Shown: positions 12,600 to 26,835, counted from the first letter of the stretch. The stretch: 64,000 bases of DNA from Mobula birostris (GCF_030028105.1 NC_092387.1:23383590-23447589); one strand, 5' to 3'. The notes: generated by a model from the letters alone, not told the origin. Translations and numbers: made by a program.

Positions 12600-13880
12600 A
12601 TTAGGGTTCAGCACCCACTGTGAGTAAAATTCTCCCTTCCATGTCAATTTGACTTCTCATTCCTGTTTTGACATGTCTGTCCATAGCTTCCTCTGTTGAC
12701 ATAATGAGGCCAAATTCAGGTTCGAGGAGCAACCCTAATGTTCCGCATGGGTAGTCTCCAACCTGGGTGGCATAAGTATCAATTTCTCCAACTTGTGGTA
12801 ATTTCTCCTCCCTCCCTCCTCTTTCTCCATTCCCCATTCTGGTTAGCCTCGTCCCCCTTCTCTTCTCCTAACATGTCATCACCTTCCTCTGGTTCCCTTC
12901 TCCATGGACCATTGTCTGCTCCTATTAGATTCCTTCTTCTTCACTCCTTTACCTCTTTCACCAATCCTGTCCCAGCTTCTTACTTCAGCATCCCTCCCTC
13001 ACACATCCCCTTCCCCCAATGTGACTCCCTGACTCCCCCTTTCCTCCTCATCTGGTCTCACCTATTCCCCTCTTCCCCTCCCCCGCACAGCCCCTGCCCC
13101 TCACCTGGTCTCACCAATTTCCCCTTCCCCTCTCCCACACATCCCCCTTCCTCCTCACTGGTCTCACTGATTCCTCTCTACCCTCCCCCACACATCCCCC
13201 TTCTCCCTCAACTGGTCTCACCGATTCCTCTCTACCCTCTCCTACATGTCCCCCTTCCCCCTCACCTGGCCTCACCAATTCCCCTCTACCCTCTCCCACA
13301 CATCCCCCTTCCCCCTCACCTGGTCTCACTAATTTCTCCTTCCCCTCCCCCACACATCCCCCTTCCCCCTCACCTGGCCTCACCAATTCCCCTCTACCCT
13401 CTCCCACACATCCCCCTTCCCCCTCACCTGGCCTCACCAGTTCCTTGCCAGTTTGTATTTTATTTATTTAGAAATACAGCAGGGAACAAGCCCTTCCAGC
13501 CCAACAAGCCGCCCTGCTCAGCAGTCCACCTGCTTAACACTAGCCTAATCACAGGACAATTTACAGTGACCAGTTGACCTACTAACCGTATGACTTTGAA
13601 CTGTGGTAGGAAACCAGCGGTTCATGTGGAGAACCCACCATCTCCTTGCAGACAGTGCTGGTATTGAACTCTGAGTTCTGAAATGCTTGCGCTGTAATGG
13701 CATTGTGCTAACCTCCCACTCCCCTCACCTTTTTATTCTGGCTTCTGCCCCCTTCCATTCTAGACCTGATGAAGGGTTCCAGCCCAAAACATCAACTGCT
13801 TATTCCCCTCCATCGATGCCACCTGACTTGCTGACTTCCTCCAGCATGTTTGGTGTAGCTCAGGATTTCCGTGATTTGCA
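12600..13880 (+). mobile_element. Old Penelope-like 3' fragment, interrupted by a tandem expansion and a SINE
   Basis: Homologous to the GIY-YIG C-terminus and 3' UTR at 50540-51154. Decayed hammerhead at ~13761-13797 (CTGATGA kept, GAAA changed to AAAA). Confidence 0.65.
13070..13445. repeat. ~54-bp pyrimidine-rich minisatellite, about 7 copies
   Basis: Unit approx CACATCCCCCTTCCCCCTCACCTGGYCTCACCAATTCCCCTCTACCCTCTCCCA, visible as the repeating PHIPLPPHLASPIPLYPL in ORF 12738..13577. Confidence 0.85.
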
Positions 13881-14536
13881 GAACGCCTTGTGTTTGTGAT
13901 GTGGTACGTGTTTTCACCATGAGTGAAAGCACAGCAAGCCAAGAGGGAATATGGTGCATAAAGCTCAAGTTGGATCCACTGTTGTGGGCACACTTTGTTT
14001 TGAGAAATTTGTTAAACTCTGCTCCAATCCGCCATTTGGTGAGGGCTTGATAATATTGAGGATGCTTCAGTTCATATGAAGTCTGCCAGTGAGAAATGTC
14101 CTGCACATGTCCCAGGGACAAAATATCTAATACTAGAGGGGATACTTGTAAGGTGTGAGAGGGTAAATCCAAAGGGGATGCTCAGATCAGTTCTTCAAAG
14201 GAGAGTGGTAGGTGCCTGGAATGCACCACCAGTGTTGGTGATGGAGAAAGATATGATAGAGGTGTTTAAGAGATATGTGTGGAGAATGGAAGCATATGGA
14301 CCATGTATAGACAAAAAGGAGTAGGTGTCAATAGCTTAATTAGTTTGTCCAATATTGTGGGCTAGGGGGTCTGTTCCTGTGCTGTACTCTGTGTTCCTGA
14401 TGTAGGATTATTGTAATTGGGTGGTTGATGGTTGGTGTAGACACTGTCTGAAGGGCCTGTTTATGATTCTCAGAAAGCAAATTACAGACGCACAGTTTTC
14501 ACGCTGCTGATACTCCTATCTCTTTCATTATTTCAG

Positions 14537-14833
14537 CTTCTTACTCCAAGCCCAACCTTCAACTGGAGCCCCGCAAAGACCTGAAGCCTGGTGATGAGGT
14601 GGCCATCGCTTGCCATTCCTCAGGGGGCTACCCGCCGGCAACGGTCCAGTGGCTCGACGGGAAAGGGAGCAACATCACTGAGAACATCACGACGTCGCAG
14701 GTGGCCAATGAGGAGGGCCTGTTTGAAGTGCACAGTGTGATCCGGGTGATACTGGAGCCAAACAGCACGTATAGTTGCATGGTGAGGAATGAGCTGCTGA
14801 ACGAGGAGTCATTGACTTCGGCTACTATTACAG
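14537..14833 (+). CDS. CD276: CD276 (B7-H3)-like IgC domain exon, 297 bp, phase 1/1
   Basis: Acceptor tctttcattatttcag, donor G|gtcagt, in frame with the IgV exon. Encodes (A)SYSKPNLQLEPRKDLKPGDEVAIAC...GYP...TTSQVANEEGLFEVHSVIRV...TYSCMVRN...TIT, which parallels recalled human [25 protein letters not shown]...TTSQMANEQGLFDVHS...TYSCLVRN. Confidence 0.92.
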
Positions 14834-15164
14834 GTCAGTCCTACGTCTCAGCAATTTGAAGTCTGCTGTTCATTGGAGGGGAAAACACCTTACAAGTGTG
14901 CTGCCAGGTCCGGTGCCTGAGATTGCTGGCCCATATTTTTCATTCTAGAGTGGCTTGGCTTCCAGATTATCAGAGTAATTCAGAGCATCTACACTTATGG
15001 AATGCCAAAATAGTCAATATTCAGCCTATTGTCATGTACACAACTACTGTACATGTTTCAGCAGTTGGAATGAAAAACCTACTTGCAGCTTCATCACAGC
15101 ATAGAGCATCACTAATGCAACATTCCCAAGGAAGTCATACATTAAAACATTAATTATACAGGGC

Positions 15165-15700
15165 AACACACACACAAAATGCTGGTGGAACTCAGCGCAG
15201 GTCAGGTAGCATCTATGGAAATGAATAAGCAGACAGTGTCTCAGCTGAGTTCCTCCTTCAGGACTGGAAAGGAAGGGGGAAGACGCCAGAATAAAATGGT
15301 GGGGAGGGGAAGGTGAACAACTGGAAGGTGATATGTGAAACCGGGTGGGTAGGAAAGGTAAAGAACTGGAGAGGAAGGAATCTGAAAGGAGAGGAGAGTG
15401 GACTATAGGAGAACGGGAAGGAGAAGGGTATGCAGGGGGAGGTGATAGGTAGCTGAGGAGGTCAGAGGCCAGAGAAGGAAATAGAAGAAGAGGGGAGGGT
15501 GAGGGAATTTTTTTTTACTGGAAGGAGAACTTGATTTTCATGCCATCAGGTTGGAGGTTATCCAGATGGAAAATAAGGCGGTGCTCCTCTCCCCTGAGCG
15601 TGGGCTCATCATGGCACATATCGGAATGGAAATGGGAATCGGAATCGGAATTAAAATGTTTGGCCACGGGGAAGTTTCGCTTTTGGTGGATGGAGCGGAG
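15165..15700 (-). mobile_element. Old Penelope-like 3' fragment
   Basis: Homologous to 45505-46020 and 58168-58800. Hammerhead decayed. Confidence 0.7.
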
Positions 15701-16734
15701 GGGATCAACAAATTATACAAGAAAGGGCACAATTAGAAGAAAAAAGAAGTCCAATTGTATGTAAAGTGGTCATTATGTTGGTGTACTGAGGTAGTGATTA
15801 GGGATGTGAAAGCTGGTTCAAGATCTGAATAGTTGAAGGGAAGTAATTGCTGTTGAACCTGGTGATTGGGACTTCAGGCTTCAATACCTCCTGCCTGTGT
15901 GAAGACAGCAGCGTTTGGATGGTCGGGATCTTTGATGATAGGTGTTGCCTTCTTGAAGCAATACCTCGTAGATTCTACAAGAGTGGGGGAGGAACGTGCC
16001 TTAGATGTATTGGATGGAGCCCGCTACCACCTACAGCTTCTTATGTTTTTGTGCATTTGAATCGCCATCCCAGACCAGGAGGTCAGCAGCCGGGATATTT
16101 TCAGCACTACATATGCAGAAGTTTGACTGTATTCATTGAACCTTCTAAGTTTTCTAAGAATGTAAACACGCTGGTGCGCTTTCTGCGTGATTGTATTTAT
16201 GTACTGGACAAGGACAAGGACAGGTGTTAGTGTCCAGGAGCTTAAAGCTGTTCAGCATCTCCACCTCTGGTTCATTTGGCTATTTTCCCTTCCTAAGTCA
16301 ACCATCGGTTCTGCAGCTTTGCTGGCGTTCAGTGAGAGGTTGTTGTTTGCCCCGGGATTAGTAAAGTATGACTATGACTATGTTGTTGAGGCACCGCTCA
16401 TCCATGTGTCCTATTTTGCTCCCTTATGCTGATTCTTCACCACCCAATATTCGCCCAATAATAGTGGTTGCATCAGCAAACTTGCGTACGGCCTTGGAGG
16501 TTTATAATGATAAAAATGTAAAACTGTATGCAATGTTGATATACGTCCATGATTAAAATGCTAAAATAAACATGTAAACACATACACACACAATCTCTAA
16601 TGCAATCTAAGATTTCATAGACTGTACAGTGCTGAAACAGGGTCTTCACCTCTGTGGTCCATGGCAACCAAGATTCCCAGCTAAGCTAGTCCATGTCCCA
16701 CATTTGACCCATATCGCTCTGAGCTTTTCCCATC

Positions 16735-18931
16735 ATGCTAATCCCAGCACACAGACCGCTCATCAGGCGCTCCAGACCAGTTCAGAAGCAGGTGAAAACC
16801 TGGCCCGCAGGAGCCATCTCTGCTCTTCAAGACTGCTTTGAGCACCCTGACTGGCACATGTTCAGGGAGGCTGCAACCGATGGCGACTCTACCAACTTAG
16901 AGGAGTACACGGCATCAGTGATTAGCTACATTAGCAAGTGCATCAATGACGTCACTGTGGCAAAGACCATCACTATACGCGCAAACCAGAAGCCATGGAT
17001 GACTGCGGAGGTGTGTGCACTGCTGAGGACCCGTGACTTCGCCTTCAGAGCAGGTGACAAGGCAGCCCTAAAAACAGTGAGGGCCAAACTGTCCCCAGCC
17101 ATCAGAGAGGCAAAGCGTGCACACGCCCAGTGAATCCACAGCCACCTCCAGGACAGTGGCGACACGCGGCACATGTGGAAGGGCATTCAGGACATCACCA
17201 ATTACAAGATACCACCACCTGCCTGTACTGGTGATGCCTCCCTCCCAGATGCGTTGAATAACTTCTACGCTCGTTTTGAGGTGGAAAATGACGTGGCAGC
17301 GAGGAAGACCACCCCTCCTCCAAACGACCAGGTGCTGTGTCTTACCGTGGCTGATGTGAGGAGAACCCTGCGCAGGGTCAACCCACGGAAGCCTGCTGGA
17401 CCAGACAATATTCCTGGCAGAGTGCTTAGAGGACCAGCTAGCTGAGATTCTCATTGACTTCTTCAACATCTCCCTGAGCAGTGCCGTCGTTCCTACGTGC
17501 TTCAAGGCTGCCACCATCGTCCCAGTGCCAAAGAAGTCTTCAGTATCCTGCCTCAATGATTACCATCCTGTTGCATTCACATTCATCATCATGAAGTGTT
17601 TCGAGAGACTCGCCATGAGGCCTGCAGTTCGTGTACCATCCCAACTGTTCAACAGACGACGCCATTGCCATCACCCTCCACCTGGCCCTAACCCACCTGG
17701 ACAAAAAAGACATGTATGTTCGAATGCTGTTCATAGACTTCAGTTCAGCATTCAACACAATCATTCCTCAGAAACTGATTGGAAAGCTGAGCCTACTGGG
17801 CCTGTACACCTCCCTCTGCAACTAGATCTTAGACTTCCTGACTGGGAGACTTCAGTCAGTCCGGATTGGAAGCAGCATCTCCAACACCATCACGCCCCGG
17901 GGCTGTGTGCTCAGTCCACTGCTGTTCACTCTGCTGACCCACGACTGTGCTGCAACACACAGCTCGAACCACATCATCAGATTCGCTGATGACAGGACTG
18001 TGGTGGGTCTCATCAGCAAGAATGATGAGTCAGCATACAGAAAGGAGGTGCAGCGGCTAACGGACTGGTACAGAGCCACAACCTGTCTCTGAATGTGAAC
18101 AAAACAAAAGAGATGGTTGTTGACTTCAGGAGGACACGGAATGACCACTCTCTGCTGAACATCGACGGCTCCTCCGTAGAGATCGTTAAGGGCACCAAAT
18201 TTCTTGGTTGTCACCTGGCGGAGAATCTCAGCTGGTCCCTCAACACCAGCTCCATAGCAAAGAAAGCCCAGGAGCTTCTCTACTTTCTGCGAAGACTGAG
18301 AAAAGTCCATTTCCCACCCACCATCCTCACCACATTCTACAGAGGTTGTATTGAGAGCATCCTGAGCAGCTGCATCACTGCCTGGTTCAGAAATTGCACC
18401 ATCTCAGATCGCAAGACCCTGCAGTGGATAGTGAGGTCAGCTGAGAAGATCATCGGGGTCTCTCTTCCTGCCATTACAGACATCTACACCACACGCTGCA
18501 TCCACAAAGCAAACAGCATTATGAAGGACCCCACACACCCCTCATACAAACTCTTCTCCCTCCTGCCATCTGGCAAAAGGCACTGAAGCATTTGGGCTCT
18601 CATGACCAGTCTATGTAACAGTTTCTTCCCCCAAGCCATCAGACTCCTCAATACCCAGAGCCTGGACTGACACCAACCTACTGCCCTCTACTGTGCCTAT
18701 TGTCTTGTTCATTATTTATTGTAATGCCTGCACTGTTTTGTGCACTTTATGTAGTCCTGGGTAGGTCTGTAGTCTAGTGTAGTTTTGTGTTGTTTTACAT
18801 AGTTCAGTGTAGTTTTTGTATTGTTCATGTAGCACCATGGTCCTGAAAAACGTTGTCTCATTTTTATTGTGTACTGTACCAGCAGTTATGGTCGAAATTA
18901 CATTAAAAGTGACTTGACTTGACTTTACTTG
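16735..18931 (+). mobile_element. 5'-truncated Rex1/Babar-type LINE with disrupted RT ORF
   Basis: Consecutive ORF pieces give [52 protein letters not shown] and NKTKEMVVDFRR. 3' tail (GACTT)n at ~18910-18931. Splits a CR1 3' end (CCCATC...ATCTATG). Several stops and frameshifts. Confidence 0.88.
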
Positions 18932-19461
18932 ATCTATGCAGCTGTCTAAGTGCCTTTTAAATGTTGTTGATGTACCTGCATCAACAACTTCCTCTGGCAG
19001 CCCATTCAGTACACTAATCACTCTCTGTGTGCAAAAAATTACTCCTTACATTCCCTTTAAATCTCCCCTCTCACTTTAAACCAATGTTGCCTGGTTCTTA
19101 ATTCTGGGAAAAGATAGTGTGCATTCACCCTGTCTGTGGCCCTCATGACTTTAGACACTTCTGTAAGTTCCCCCTCATTCTCCTACACTTCAATAAACTA
19201 AGTCCTGGCTTCTCAACCCCTCTTTATAACTCTGTACCTCAAGTTTTATGCTGTTCCATTATTTGGTCAATTTAAACACTGGCCCAGATAGAGTGCAGAG
19301 ATGGGATGTTGGGATCCGAGGCAAGAGCCGATTTCGCTTGTTCTGTGCAATGCTCACTCCTCTCTCCATGGAGCTGAGGCTATGAAGTCTGCCCCGGCTG
19401 TTGTGATCCATGCCCACTAATATGATGGACTGATAAGTGAGGCTGCTCTGGGGTTCGGATC

Positions 19462-19987
19462 TAGGGTTGCCAGCTGTCCTGTATTAGCCGGGACATCCCG
19501 TATATCGGGCTAAATTGGTTTGTCCCATACGGGACCGCCCTTGTCCCGTATTTCCCCCACTAAGTTAGAGTGTTCCTATGAAACCGTTCGTAAGCCGAAA
19601 TGGCGTAAAGCGCAGAAACAATTGCCATTAATTTATATGGGAAAAATTTTTGAGCGTTCCCAGACCCAAAAGATAACCTACCAAATCATACCAATAACAC
19701 ATAAAACCAAAATAACACTAACATATAGTAAAAGCAGGAATGATATGATAAATACACAGCCTATATAAAGTAGAAATAATGTATGTAATGTATAGTCGGG
19801 AAGATGAAGGCAAAACCGATTTGTGGGAAAGAAATCGGTATGTACGCGCATGCACACGTCACGCATGCGCACACAGGTGCCCGCGCAAGGCTTCATGGTC
19901 ATGGCAGTCTTTTTCAGGGTAAACACGTGTCCTGTATTTGACTGCTACTTTTGTCCCTTATCTGGGAGTGAGAAAGTGGCAACCCTA
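19462..19987. mobile_element. hAT-type MITE, 526 bp
   Basis: Termini TAGGGTTGCC / GGCAACCCTA. Perfect 8-bp TSD TTCGGATC (19454-19461, 19988-19995). Confidence 0.88.
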
Positions 19988-22710
19988 TTCGGATCTGAGG
20001 ACTCAATTTTGGTTCGGAACGCTGTTATTTGCTTCACTTGTTTGCATGATTTGTACTTTTTTTTCTTGCTTCCTGGGTGTTGGGCTTTTATTTTTATTTT
20101 TACTTTTTTTTCTTTAATTGGTTTCTTTCAGGTTTCTTGCTTTGTGGCTACCTGTGAGCAAACAAATCTCAAGGCTGTATTATTTATATATTCTTTGATA
20201 ATAAATTTTATTTTGAATCTTCTTCTTTCATTTGTATCTCATCCCCCTTTGATTTCAATTGGCTGCCATGCTTGAATTGGCTTCCCTGCACCTGGGCAGA
20301 TATCCCAGCATGAGAGACAAGTAGCTGGCTCTGACCTGTAAAGACCTCAGCAGCAGCTAGAACTCTACTGAGCAGAGGGCAAAGCCATAATCTCCCCTCA
20401 GACATCAACCCAGTTACAGCACACTTCCAGTAGATCCATTAGTAGATTGGCCCCTAAAATCTTCAACAAAACCTCCCCAATTACTGATTACTTTCTTAAA
20501 AAACATGTAGAATCGTACAGCACAGAAACAAGGCCTACCATCCAATCGGGGCAAAGCTGGGCAGGATTCCTTTAATAAGCTAGTCCCATTTGCCCATATT
20601 TGGCCTCTGTCCCTCGAAACCTTTCAAATCCTTGTACCTGTCCAAGTTTGTTTTAAATATTATTAATATATGTACCTTAACCACTCTTGCTGGCAGCTTA
20701 TTCCATAAATTGGAAGCATTTATCTCTGCTGTGTAAGGAACTCTCAGCATCGCCATATGTTTCGAAATTTTGAGCATATGGTTTGCCTTTAATGAAGATG
20801 TGAAAGAGATGCACACCTACAGTCAGTGTAATGGAATAAACTACATTTGTTGCAGCAATAGCACGTAGATTCATGATTCCAGATTCAAGATAGTTTGGAG
20901 TCATTTGTCAGTACAAAAGAGTAAAGGAAAATGAAGTGGCTGTGTCACGCTGTATTCTTGGACCCAAGTGCAGGATCACACAGAGACTTGGGAGGATTAA
21001 ACAAAACGAAGAGTTTTATTTACAAAAGAGACAAAACAAAATAGTACAACTTACAAGGTCTTGGATAACTCAGCCAGAATCAGGACAACTGAACCACTTT
21101 AAATACACTCCAGGGCACGAAAGTGCCCATTTAATAAAACTCCAAGCTAATTACAAGCTTACAATTAACTATTCTAATAAGAGACTTAAGTCCAAGGGTA
21201 TTTAATTGGCGCTCTGTGAAGTCTCGGGGAATTATTTGGAAGTAATCGAGGACAATTATAACCTCAATGTAAACTAGAGAAGACCTAACAAAAACACATA
21301 AAAACCCGAAATGCAACAATACAGAAAATTACAATTAATAAAATGCAAAGAATACAAAAAAACACAGCATCAAAAAACTCAGAAGCCTCAGAAAACTCTA
21401 ACAATGACCCAAGGTAGTGGCAGATTGTTACTCTGGATCCTGTGTGGCATAAAATACACAATAAGCACAACAAGAAATGGAACTACCTTGCAAATCTGGG
21501 AGTAAAAAGTAATAGTGAGAGATTGATTAGTGTTTTAAGTATTATCCTTCAAGAAAGGTGTTTGGCTGAAGTCAGTGTTTAGTTTTGGCTAATTACCACT
21601 GTTTTGTGTGTGTTGGATCAGGTTAAACGTGAACATGCAGGTTCAGCAGGCACTTAGGAAGGGAAAAGCTACATTGCTAAGTGTCCCACTCCGTTCATAT
21701 AGAGATGTGGGTGAGACCGGACCTCAAATGTTGTGTGTAGGTCTGGTCTCCAGACCAAGGAAGAGTAGACTGGCAATAGATGGACTGCAATGAAGGTTAG
21801 TCAGATGGATTCCTGGAATGATGGGCTTGTTGTAAAAGGATAGAACTTCTCTATTGAATTTAGAATATGTTTCACATTCTTTGGAGGCTCGATAGATATG
21901 TAATTGATGTCATCCTTGACTTGGATCCATAACCTGGAGACACAGTCTCAAACTAAATGGCTTACTATTAAGGACCAGGGTGGGAAGAAATTTCTTCATT
22001 AGAAGATATACAGATTGATAGACTTTTAGATATTAAAAAAAAATCAAAGGGATGAGTATGGGAACACAGTGCTGAGTGAAAAGACCAGCTGTGAACTTAC
22101 TGTTCAGCAGAGTGACTGAATGGTGTATTCCTGCTTCTATTTCACATGTTCTGCAGGGGAACTAAAATTATCACCTTGCAGTGTGTAAGGTACGTAAACT
22201 GCTTTTAGTCACTGCTAGCAGGTCAGTAACTAAAAGAATCATACTGAGGTGATTGGTGAAAGAATCTGAGGTTTTCTTTATAGAAGAGTTGTAATGTTGT
22301 AGGAGGGACTTCCTAAAGAGGTTGCATAAACATATTCAATGCATTTCAATAACAATATATTAAATGGAAAGCTTGGCAGAGCTGGGTGAATGAATAGGGA
22401 GTGGAGATAATTAGAGAGCTGATACAGGCAAGTTGGCTGAATGGCTACATTGGCTCAGATTTTGCAGATGAAACCATCAGACACACAGTTCCTACTGAAC
22501 TGTAGACAAAATTGTGTAACGATGATACTCACAACCAGTAAGTGAAGATTTCTTGCTGAAACTGAGCAGTGGCAGAATCTTATGTGGGTGGGTCTGTCAA
22601 GGCTTTCAAGGGTGTCAAGAAAATGCTGGGGATACACAGTAGGAGAGTGGAGAGAAAAATGGTTAGGGTTTCAGGTCAGTGACATTCAGTTCTGGAAGAG
22701 TGAGAAAATA

Positions 22711-23219
22711 CATTCAGTGGCCATTTTATTAGGTATATCTGCTCGTTAATACAGATATCTCATCAGCTAATCATGTGGCAGCAACTCAACACATAGAAGG
22801 GCACAGAGCTTCAGTTGCTGTTCACATCAAACATCAGAGCAGGGTAGAAATACGATCTAAGTGACTTTGATTGTTAGTGCCGGATGAGCTGGTTTGAATG
22901 TCTCAGGTACTGCTGATCTCCTGGGGTTCACATGCACAACAGTCTCCAGAGTTTGCAGAGAATGGTGTGAAAAGGGAAAATAAAAGCACCTAGTGAATGG
23001 CAGTTCTGTGGGTGAAAAATGCCAGTTAATGAGAGAGGTCAGAAGAGAATGGCCAGACTGGTTCAAGCTGAAAGGAGGTGACTGTAACTCAAATAACTAC
23101 ATGGCGTGCAGAAAAACATCTCTGAATGCGCAACACGTTGAAATTTAAAGTGGATAGGCTACAGCAGCCGAAGGCCATGCTGGGTTCTACTCCCACACCT
23201 AATAAAGTGGCTACTGTGT
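22711..23219 (+). mobile_element. Second internally deleted Tc1-like copy
   Basis: Colinear with 11650-12189. Termini TA|CATTCAGTGGCCATTTTATTAGG and CCTAATAAAGTGGCTACTG. Confidence 0.85.
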
Positions 23220-25879
23220 TTAAGTGTGTTTTGATTGGCAGAGGGGTGGAGAGAACAGTGAGTTCCGGAGATGGGCAGACAACAAGGGAATCCAGATGAT
23301 GGATGTATTAGTGCTGTGAAAGGGAGAGAGGCGAATGCCTACTCATCATACCTGATCTGTCTGGAGGAGGTGTAAACAGAGAATATGAATGAGGGCAGAT
23401 GGGAGCAAGTAAAGCAAACATCGCTGGAACTGTGAGAGGCAGATTGTGATTTGCCGGATTTCCAAAACAGAGGAGAATATTGCAAATTCTCAAAGTTCAA
23501 ATTTCAAAGCAAATTTACTATTAAAGTAGTATATCACCATATAATACCCTGAGAATCATTTTGTTGCAGGCATTCACAGTAGAACAAAGAAATACAGCAG
23601 AATCAATGACAATCTTCACTCAAAGACTAACCAACAATGTGCAAAAGACAAACCATACCAATACAAAAAAACATATAAAATAATACTAATAAAAATGTAA
23701 ATAAACAACACTAAAAACATGAGCTACAGAGTCCCGGAAAGTGAGTCCATATGTTGTGGAATCAGTTCAGTGTTGAGGTGTGTGAAGATATCCACTCTGG
23801 TTCAGTATCCTGATGGTGAAAGAGTAATAACTACCCGAACCTGGTTGTGTGGGACCTAAGGCTGCTGTAGGGTCTTCCCGATGGCAGCAGTGGGAAGAGA
23901 GCATGGTCTGCATGGTCACTGACCATGCAATCAGTGCTTCTCGTAGATGTGGTCAATGGTGGGGAGGGCTTTTTCTGTACTCAGCAGGTCAGATAGCCTC
24001 AGTGGAGAGAGAAAAACTGCCCAGATTGGGGATAAATGATCTTTTTATCATTGCTGCCGTCTGTCCCAGGAGTATTTTATAATTATTTAAAATGAAATCA
24101 ACAAATGCAAAAGAAAGTTATGTTAAAATATAACTAACACACTTTTCTGCACAGTTCTAAATTCCTGTCACAGTGAAAGGACTCACGGATCTAGCGACTG
24201 GTGGGATTTGTACAAGCCCCTGCCCTATAGCTGGCAACTGTGAAATCCAGCGGTGGAGCACATCTGGGAGATTGCCACATGAGCTTGCCCGGTATCTTTG
24301 GAATGTCTGTGTTCGCACTAGTTTCCCAAGCTTGCTCGCATGTTATCAGAATCAGTCTGCTGGCAAAATGCACAGAGATCAGTGCATCACAAATAATAGA
24401 GGTAGAAATATCTTCTTCACAAAAAGACTTTGTAAAACAGGTCTTCTTGACTTTGTCGGTGGTGGATTAGCTGAAAGGATTCTTCATCTTCAAGTCTGTA
24501 CAAAGTTATCTTAACCTTTGGACATCTCTAATCAATTAAATTTAAATGAGTAATTAGACAGAAACACTGTTGATCAAAAGTGATGATGTTCCTTGGTTTA
24601 TTAGATTTGAAACGTTCCACTTAACACTCTAAGTTCAAGGAAAACGATTTCACTTTGTGTTTCTTAATACACACCAAATGAAGCAGAATGATTATAAAAG
24701 GCAGGATTGTGAGATTGATGTGGAATGTATCAGTCCTCTGTCTTGTCAGATTGAGGTTAAATCAAAAGATTGACAGACCCAAACTTCACATCACTCGAAC
24801 ATCCATCTTGTCCATCATTTTGTCAGACCCATGTGTGCCCATAATTAGTGAAATACAGACTCTCTTCAATATTAAACGTCATTAACTTGCCAAATATAAA
24901 GTGAGACAAGCTGACAGCAAATTGTGGCAGCAGGATTCTGGCCTACAAGGAGTCTTACATATTCATCTGGATCCGTCCCAAACGCCATCCTTCAGTTCCA
25001 TTAATATGCAGTGGATTAGTAACTGCATCATGCTAGATGTAAAAGGGAAAATAATAGAGTAATGTGCGTGAAGGATATGGGATTCTGCACCGTGGAATTC
25101 CCTCTGGTTCAATGACAGAAATCCAATGAAACAACAGGTGCTTCAATCAGAGATACAAGAGACTCTGATGCTGCCGATCTTGAGCAACACACACAAAAGT
25201 GTTGAAGGAACTCAGCAGCATCTATGGAGGGAAGTAAGCTGTGCATGTCTTGGGTGGAGACCCCCTCCATCAGGATGGGAAAGGAAGGGGGCAGAAACCA
25301 GAATAAGAAAGTGAGGGAGGGTGAAGATCATGATCCAGCAGAAGATAGGTCTCACCAGGAGAGGGGGAAGGTGGATGATGTGAGAGACTGGGAGGTGATA
25401 GGTGAAAGAGGTATCCGATAGGAGGGGGCACTGAAGCATTGAATAAAGGAAGGTAGTGGGAAACCAGAGGGATGTGATAGGTAAATCATGAGGGTGGGGG
25501 AGGAGAGGGCCACCAGAATGGGGATAAACAGAAATGTGAGGGTGGAGGAATAGAGGGGAAGGGTTAATGGAAGAGAGAAATTCACATTCAGGTTTTCAGA
25601 TAGAGCATGAAGTGTTGCTCCTCTGTTCAGTGTGGCCTTATTCTGGCTCAATCGCCTCATATCTTTTTTAGTTATAATACATAGAATACTGAAGCCTGAG
25701 AGGCTTCAAAAGTGGGGACTGTTAGCAGTTGCCAACCTTGAAGGGAATCCTAGGTATGGGTTAGGTTCATCATCTGGAGTTAACTAGAACCTCGCAAAGT
25801 GATGCCAACTCCTCCACTGCTGCACGTGCAATTCCTGTCTGAGGTGTCACCTTTGTCTGTTCTCTGGCGCTGCACGGTA

Positions 25880-26150
25880 ACGTACCGCTAATACAGCGCT
25901 AGCTACCTGGGATCAATTGTGCCACTGTCTGTAAAGAGTTTGCACTTTCTCCCCATGACTGTTGGCCTCTGGCTGCTCCAGTTTCCTCCCACCTTCCAAA
26001 GATGTACGGGCTAGGGTTAGTGAGATGTGGGCATAGCAGGTTGGCGCTGGAATCTTGGTGACACTTATGGCTGCCTGGCACAATCCTTCTTAATTTGATT
26101 TGATGTAAATGATGCATTTTTGATATTTTGATGTAGATGTCACAAATAAA
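25880..26150 (+). mobile_element. SINE-like repeat (related copies at ~52975-53280 and ~59730-59990 on plus; ~31930-32130, ~55430-55760, ~61000-61200 and ~63230-63500 on minus)
   Basis: Shared core CTGTCTGTAAAGAGTTTGYACRTTCTCCCCGTGAC...GTTTCCTCCCAC..TCCAAAGA among the copies. Confidence 0.65.
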
Positions 26151-26835
26151 TCTAATCTTATCCACATGGAAAGGTCTGCCTGTAAAACCTGTTGCAGGAA
26201 CTTTTCCCTTGCCTGATCTGCTGCTTCAGGTTTGCTTGGGGAGGATGCTTCCTGCACAGGTGATAAGCCAGTCTCCTGCACACTCATGCAAAAGCAGGTA
26301 TTGACTTTCCTTACCAGCCAACTTCGACACTCCATCACCTGGTTAATACCTGCACATACCTAATGGCTGTACAAGTCGACTGGGTGATAATGAAAGTGCA
26401 TGGCATGCTGGTCTTTTATTAGTTGTGACATCAAGTTCAATAGTCAGGAAATTATGGTGTAGTTTTATCATGCTCTGTTAGGCCAAACCAGACTACAGCA
26501 TTCATTTCTGGTTGCTCTGTTATAGGATGGATGTGGAAGCTTTGGAGAGGGTGCAGAAGAGGTTTACCAGGAGCCTCTGTGGATTAGAAGGCATGTGCTA
26601 TGAAAAAAGGTTGGACAAAAATAGGTTGTTTGCTCGGAAGTGGGAATGATAGAGGCTGAGGGGATACCTGATAGAAAAGATTAGGGGATAGGGTAGACAG
26701 CTGTTATCCTTTCCTCGGAGTTACAATATTTATTACAGGAGAGCAGGCATTTAAAGTGAGAGAGAGTAAATTCAAAGGACATGTGCAGATCAAATGTTTG
26801 TACAGGGAGTGGTTGGTGCATGCCTGGAATGAGCT

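Noticed and set aside
21285-21473. Transmembrane-looking minus-strand ORF (FFCILCILLIVIFCIVAF)
   Set aside because: Wrong strand for CD276. T-rich low-complexity DNA gives hydrophobic codons by default, and it stops immediately afterwards.
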